DNA of 64,000 nucleotides from Eledone cirrhosa (Eukaryota): NCBI GenBank assembly GCA_964016885.1, contig OZ024741.1, forward strand, positions 49,848,001-49,912,000, written 5' to 3'. The notes beneath the pieces are model-generated. The model searched no databases. It was not told the DNA's origin and worked only from the letters and a program-made list of their open reading frames with translations. Each line of letters opens with the position of its first letter. The stretch's first letter is position 1. The translations under genes and the position numbers were made by a program. This document shows, one piece after another, positions 60,993 to 64,000 of the stretch.

Positions 60993-62284
60993 CAGGGTGC
61001 GGATGATATTTGTTCGCAATTTTCAACTGCTAATTTTATGCAAATTTTTTTTACTTCCGTTGTCATTCTTGTCTTCATAAAAACAGTGACTATATTTCCA
61101 TTATTTATTTTCAGAAGAATTGATTATGAATAATTTTGAACCTCCAAATTTGTGGAAGAGACACGGAGTTCTTCTTGGAATCCGCGCCGGGAGGACAAAT
61201 AAGGAAATTTCAAACTTTCTCAGCGTCAGCAGGAGAATGGTGGAAAAGGTCAGAAAGGAATTGGAAGACTCAGGATTCGACTACGAAGCAACATCAGAGA
61301 GGAAAACACATGATCGACGATCTGACGCCTTCAGAATGCCCGAGTTTGTCGCTGAAGTTCAGGATATCATCAACAATGAACCTAGCAAGTCGATGCGTGC
61401 CATTGCAAGGGAGAAAGACGTGGATGAAAAGCTCATTAGCCTGGTTGTACATGAAGACATTTGCTACGTTTCATACAAGATGAGGAAAGGACAATTTCTG
61501 TCAAAGATGATGCAAGAAAAGTGACTGAAGCACGCAAAGAAGCTGATCAACAAGTTGAAACACCCACTGGAGCCAGACATGCTGTGGTTTTTCTCCGACG
61601 AGAAAAACTTCTGCCAAGACCAGAACAACAGTTGGCTCGCTGTCTCATCCAAAGACATGCCCAGAGTCATGCAGACAAAGTTTCCAGCGATAACATTGAT
61701 CTTAGGTGTCGTCAGCAGTCAAGGTGACGTCATGCCACCTCACTTCTTCCCTGAGGGCCTCAAGCTGATCACCGATGGCTACATCCGCGTTCGGAGCGAG
61801 GTAGTAAAGCCCTGGATCAACCAGGTAGCTGCAGGTAGGCCGTAGGTCTGGCAGCAAGACTCAGCGCCCTGCCATACCAGCCGAAAGACCCAAGCCTCGC
61901 TGTCAGAGAACTTCGTCGACCACACTTCACCTGACATCTGGCCTCCCAGATCGCCTGACTGCAACCCCCTCGACTTCTTTGTGTGGGGAACAGTGGAACG
62001 AGACACCAACAGATCTAGCTGCAATACAAAAGACGATCTGAAAGCCAGGATCACAAGTGCCTTTAGGGGCCTAAGTCGGGGGACAGTGATGAAGGCCTGT
62101 AGCCGGTTTCGAGGCCGCCTTGAGGCCATCATCAAAGCCAATGGCGGGTTTATCGAGTGAGATTGAAAGAACAAGTCATGAAGACAAACTGACCCAAGTT
62201 TGATAAATAAATCTTAAAAAATAAAACTACTGTGTTATTTTTTCCTAGACAGTAATCTTGCGAACAAATATCGTTTGCACCCTG
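60993..62284 (+). mobile_element. Tc1/mariner-superfamily transposon, DD37D (maT) family, full length, inactivated
   Basis: 27-bp TIRs cagggtgcggatgatatttgttcgcaa / ttgcgaacaaatatcgtttgcaccctg with TA target-site duplication. Confidence 0.92.
61126..62160 (+). pseudogene. DD37D transposase pseudogene
   Basis: Single frame with two stops (61522-61524, 61843-61845); FFSDEK, WQQDSAPCH, WPPRSPDCNPLD with 37 residues between the second and third Asp. Confidence 0.9.
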
Positions 62285-62334
62285 TATATAAAGGACCAAC
62301 TTTTAAGTGAATAAACATAAATTGAGGTACTTAC

Positions 62335-62957
62335 CAAAGATGAAACCTGGGGCTGTTCCAGTGCTCTTACACCACTCTTTACTAGTGTTATGTCTTACAC
62401 AGCAACCAAAGTAAATATTACTAAAATATAAATAATCTTCATTCAATAATACTGTGGATGTTTCAGTAGCCATTTCATGCCATTTGTAGCATATCTCTGA
62501 TCCTGGAGCTGATGTTACAGTCAGTGTTACAGTCTCTATTACAGTCTCTGTTACAGGCTCTGTTACATCCTCGGTTACATTTGGTGTTACATTCTCGGTT
62601 ACATTTAGTGTTACAGTCTCTGTTACATTCTGTGTTACATTCTCGGTTACATTTGGTGTTACATTCTCGGTTACATTCTGTGTTACATTCTCTGTTACAT
62701 TTGGTGTTACAGTTGGTGTTACAGTTGATGCTACACTGTATTGGTTTGGATGAAACGAGAAATAATTACGAGTTTCATTGTTATAACACTTACAAATGAT
62801 GTCATTTCCTTTAATATTATAACCAAGTTGGACACCTTGATAAACACGACTACTGGGTAGACCAGCAACAATTATAAACGGTTCCATTTGTGCATTCCAT
62901 GGCTCTTCAATGAAATATTCATTATTTTGAAGTGAGATCATCCAACTATCTGTATAG
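62335..62957 (-). CDS. Internal exon of a convergent uncharacterised gene: Cys/Trp-containing domain with a Thr-rich (NVT) repeat insertion
   Basis: tgcag| acceptor and |gtaagt donor around a 623-nt stop-free frame; complex sequence on both sides of a 12-nt coding repeat. Confidence 0.75.
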
Positions 62958-63054
62958 CTGCAATATATATACATAAATTAAGATGGATACAGTAAAAAAC
63001 TGGTTAAACCAGTACTCACTAGAGTACTCGAAACTTGGGGTGGTAGAGTATGAT

Positions 63055-63175
63055 TATATGAATGAGTCAGGACCCCGACTGCTGAGCTCTTGCTATTTCA
63101 ACAGCTAGCTCCAGTCTGGAACTAGCTGTTGAAATGATAAAAGCTCAGCCATCGGGGTCCTGACTTATTCATATA
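63055..63175. repeat. Fold-back inverted repeat abutting (TA)n
   Basis: ~60-bp imperfect arms atgagtcaggaccccga...ctagctccag / ctggaactag...tcggggtcctgacttattcat with essentially no loop. Confidence 0.85.
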
Positions 63176-63871
63176 TATATAGAGAGAGAGTAGTAATAAG
63201 GATTTCATTTATTGGCCACAAGGGCCGAAAAGAGAGAGTAGTAATAATAAATACAAAAAATAATGAAAACAATGAAATACATGAGATGAATAAACAAAAG
63301 TATCAATTTCTCTTCAGCCACACCTGGGCAATGCAATTACGTATATAAGTGTGGTATTGCATAATATTGAGTGCAGGCTGCACGACAGCTTCAAACAAGA
63401 TGCATATGAGGCAACACAACATAGAAATGGAGGGAAACAAGTGAGTATCTTTTGACTTGAAACTGGACCAAATACTGTGCAGACAGGTTGTGCAAATAGC
63501 AGGGAAATCTGAATAGCCTTTCATAAAAAAAAAAGAGGACAGAGAGTGTGAGAGGAAATGATAGTTGTGACTCTGGTAAATAAACATTTAGTTAATCATA
63601 TTGTAGCTAGAATACAGATAGAAGGAAAGAAGTTTAGGGAGCTACTACTTCTGCTAACAACAAAAGGTTTCTCTCTATGAGCAAAAGGTTGGCTGTATGA
63701 TTTCTGTGTACAATGTGCTTAGAGGGTGATCACTGCATGAAGAAGTGCCAAGAAATCCCAGTGGAAGGAAGCCAAAGTAGAGGAAGACCTAGACAGAGAT
63801 GTTGAGAACTGATCCCAAATTGCTTAAGCTAACAGAGGAGATGGTGAAGGAGCAATGCAATGTAGTTATAT

Positions 63872-64000
63872 AATTGTTTCTACTTTAGGCACAAGGCCAG
63901 CAATTACCCAATGCATTACTGGTACTTTATTTTATCGACCCCGTAAGGATGAAAGGCAAAGTCAACCTCGGCGGGATTTGAACTCAGATCGCAAAGGGAC
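63872..64000 (-). mobile_element. SINE family B (cut by window end)
   Basis: Matches 13261-13449 and 37421-37607. Confidence 0.8.

Noticed and set aside
63323-63517. Candidate upstream exon of the minus-strand gene
   Set aside because: One frame is phase-compatible, but the splice sites are weak and the peptide is unrecognisable, so I did not call it.

Overview
AT-rich, intron-rich animal DNA. The SINE repertoire and long (TA)n tracts suggest an octopus or other cephalopod; this is an inference. The first ~48 kb hold the 3' part of a + strand polycystin-1-family gene, most similar to PKD1L1. I reconstructed 29 GT-AG exons (714-47676) whose phases join into one stop-free frame of about 1595 aa: GPS (CNHL|T), TM1, PLAT/LH2, TM2-5, S1, a short TOP domain, S2-S6 and a ~450-aa cytoplasmic tail. 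Its introns carry a near-intact CR1/L2-group LINE (14189-18180), a frameshifted RTE LINE (31439-35691, minus), a CRE-like restriction-endonuclease retrotransposon fragment, two tRNA-derived SINE families, and mariner- and piggyBac-type MITEs. Downstream lie a 3.5-kb (TA)n-rich array, two minisatellites, a DD37D (maT) transposon and the 3' part of a convergent minus-strand gene with an (NVT)-rich repeat insertion. The most notable observations are: (1) an HIV-type U UUU UUA slippery site with a downstream hairpin at the LINE ORF1/ORF2 overlap; (2) a Myb/SANT-like plus CCCH LINE ORF1; (3) six unrelated fold-back palindromes, each adjoining a (TA)n tract; (4) an intact GPS cleavage motif and shortened TOP domain in a PKD1L1-like protein; (5) three retroelements stacked at one repeated 21-bp target site.
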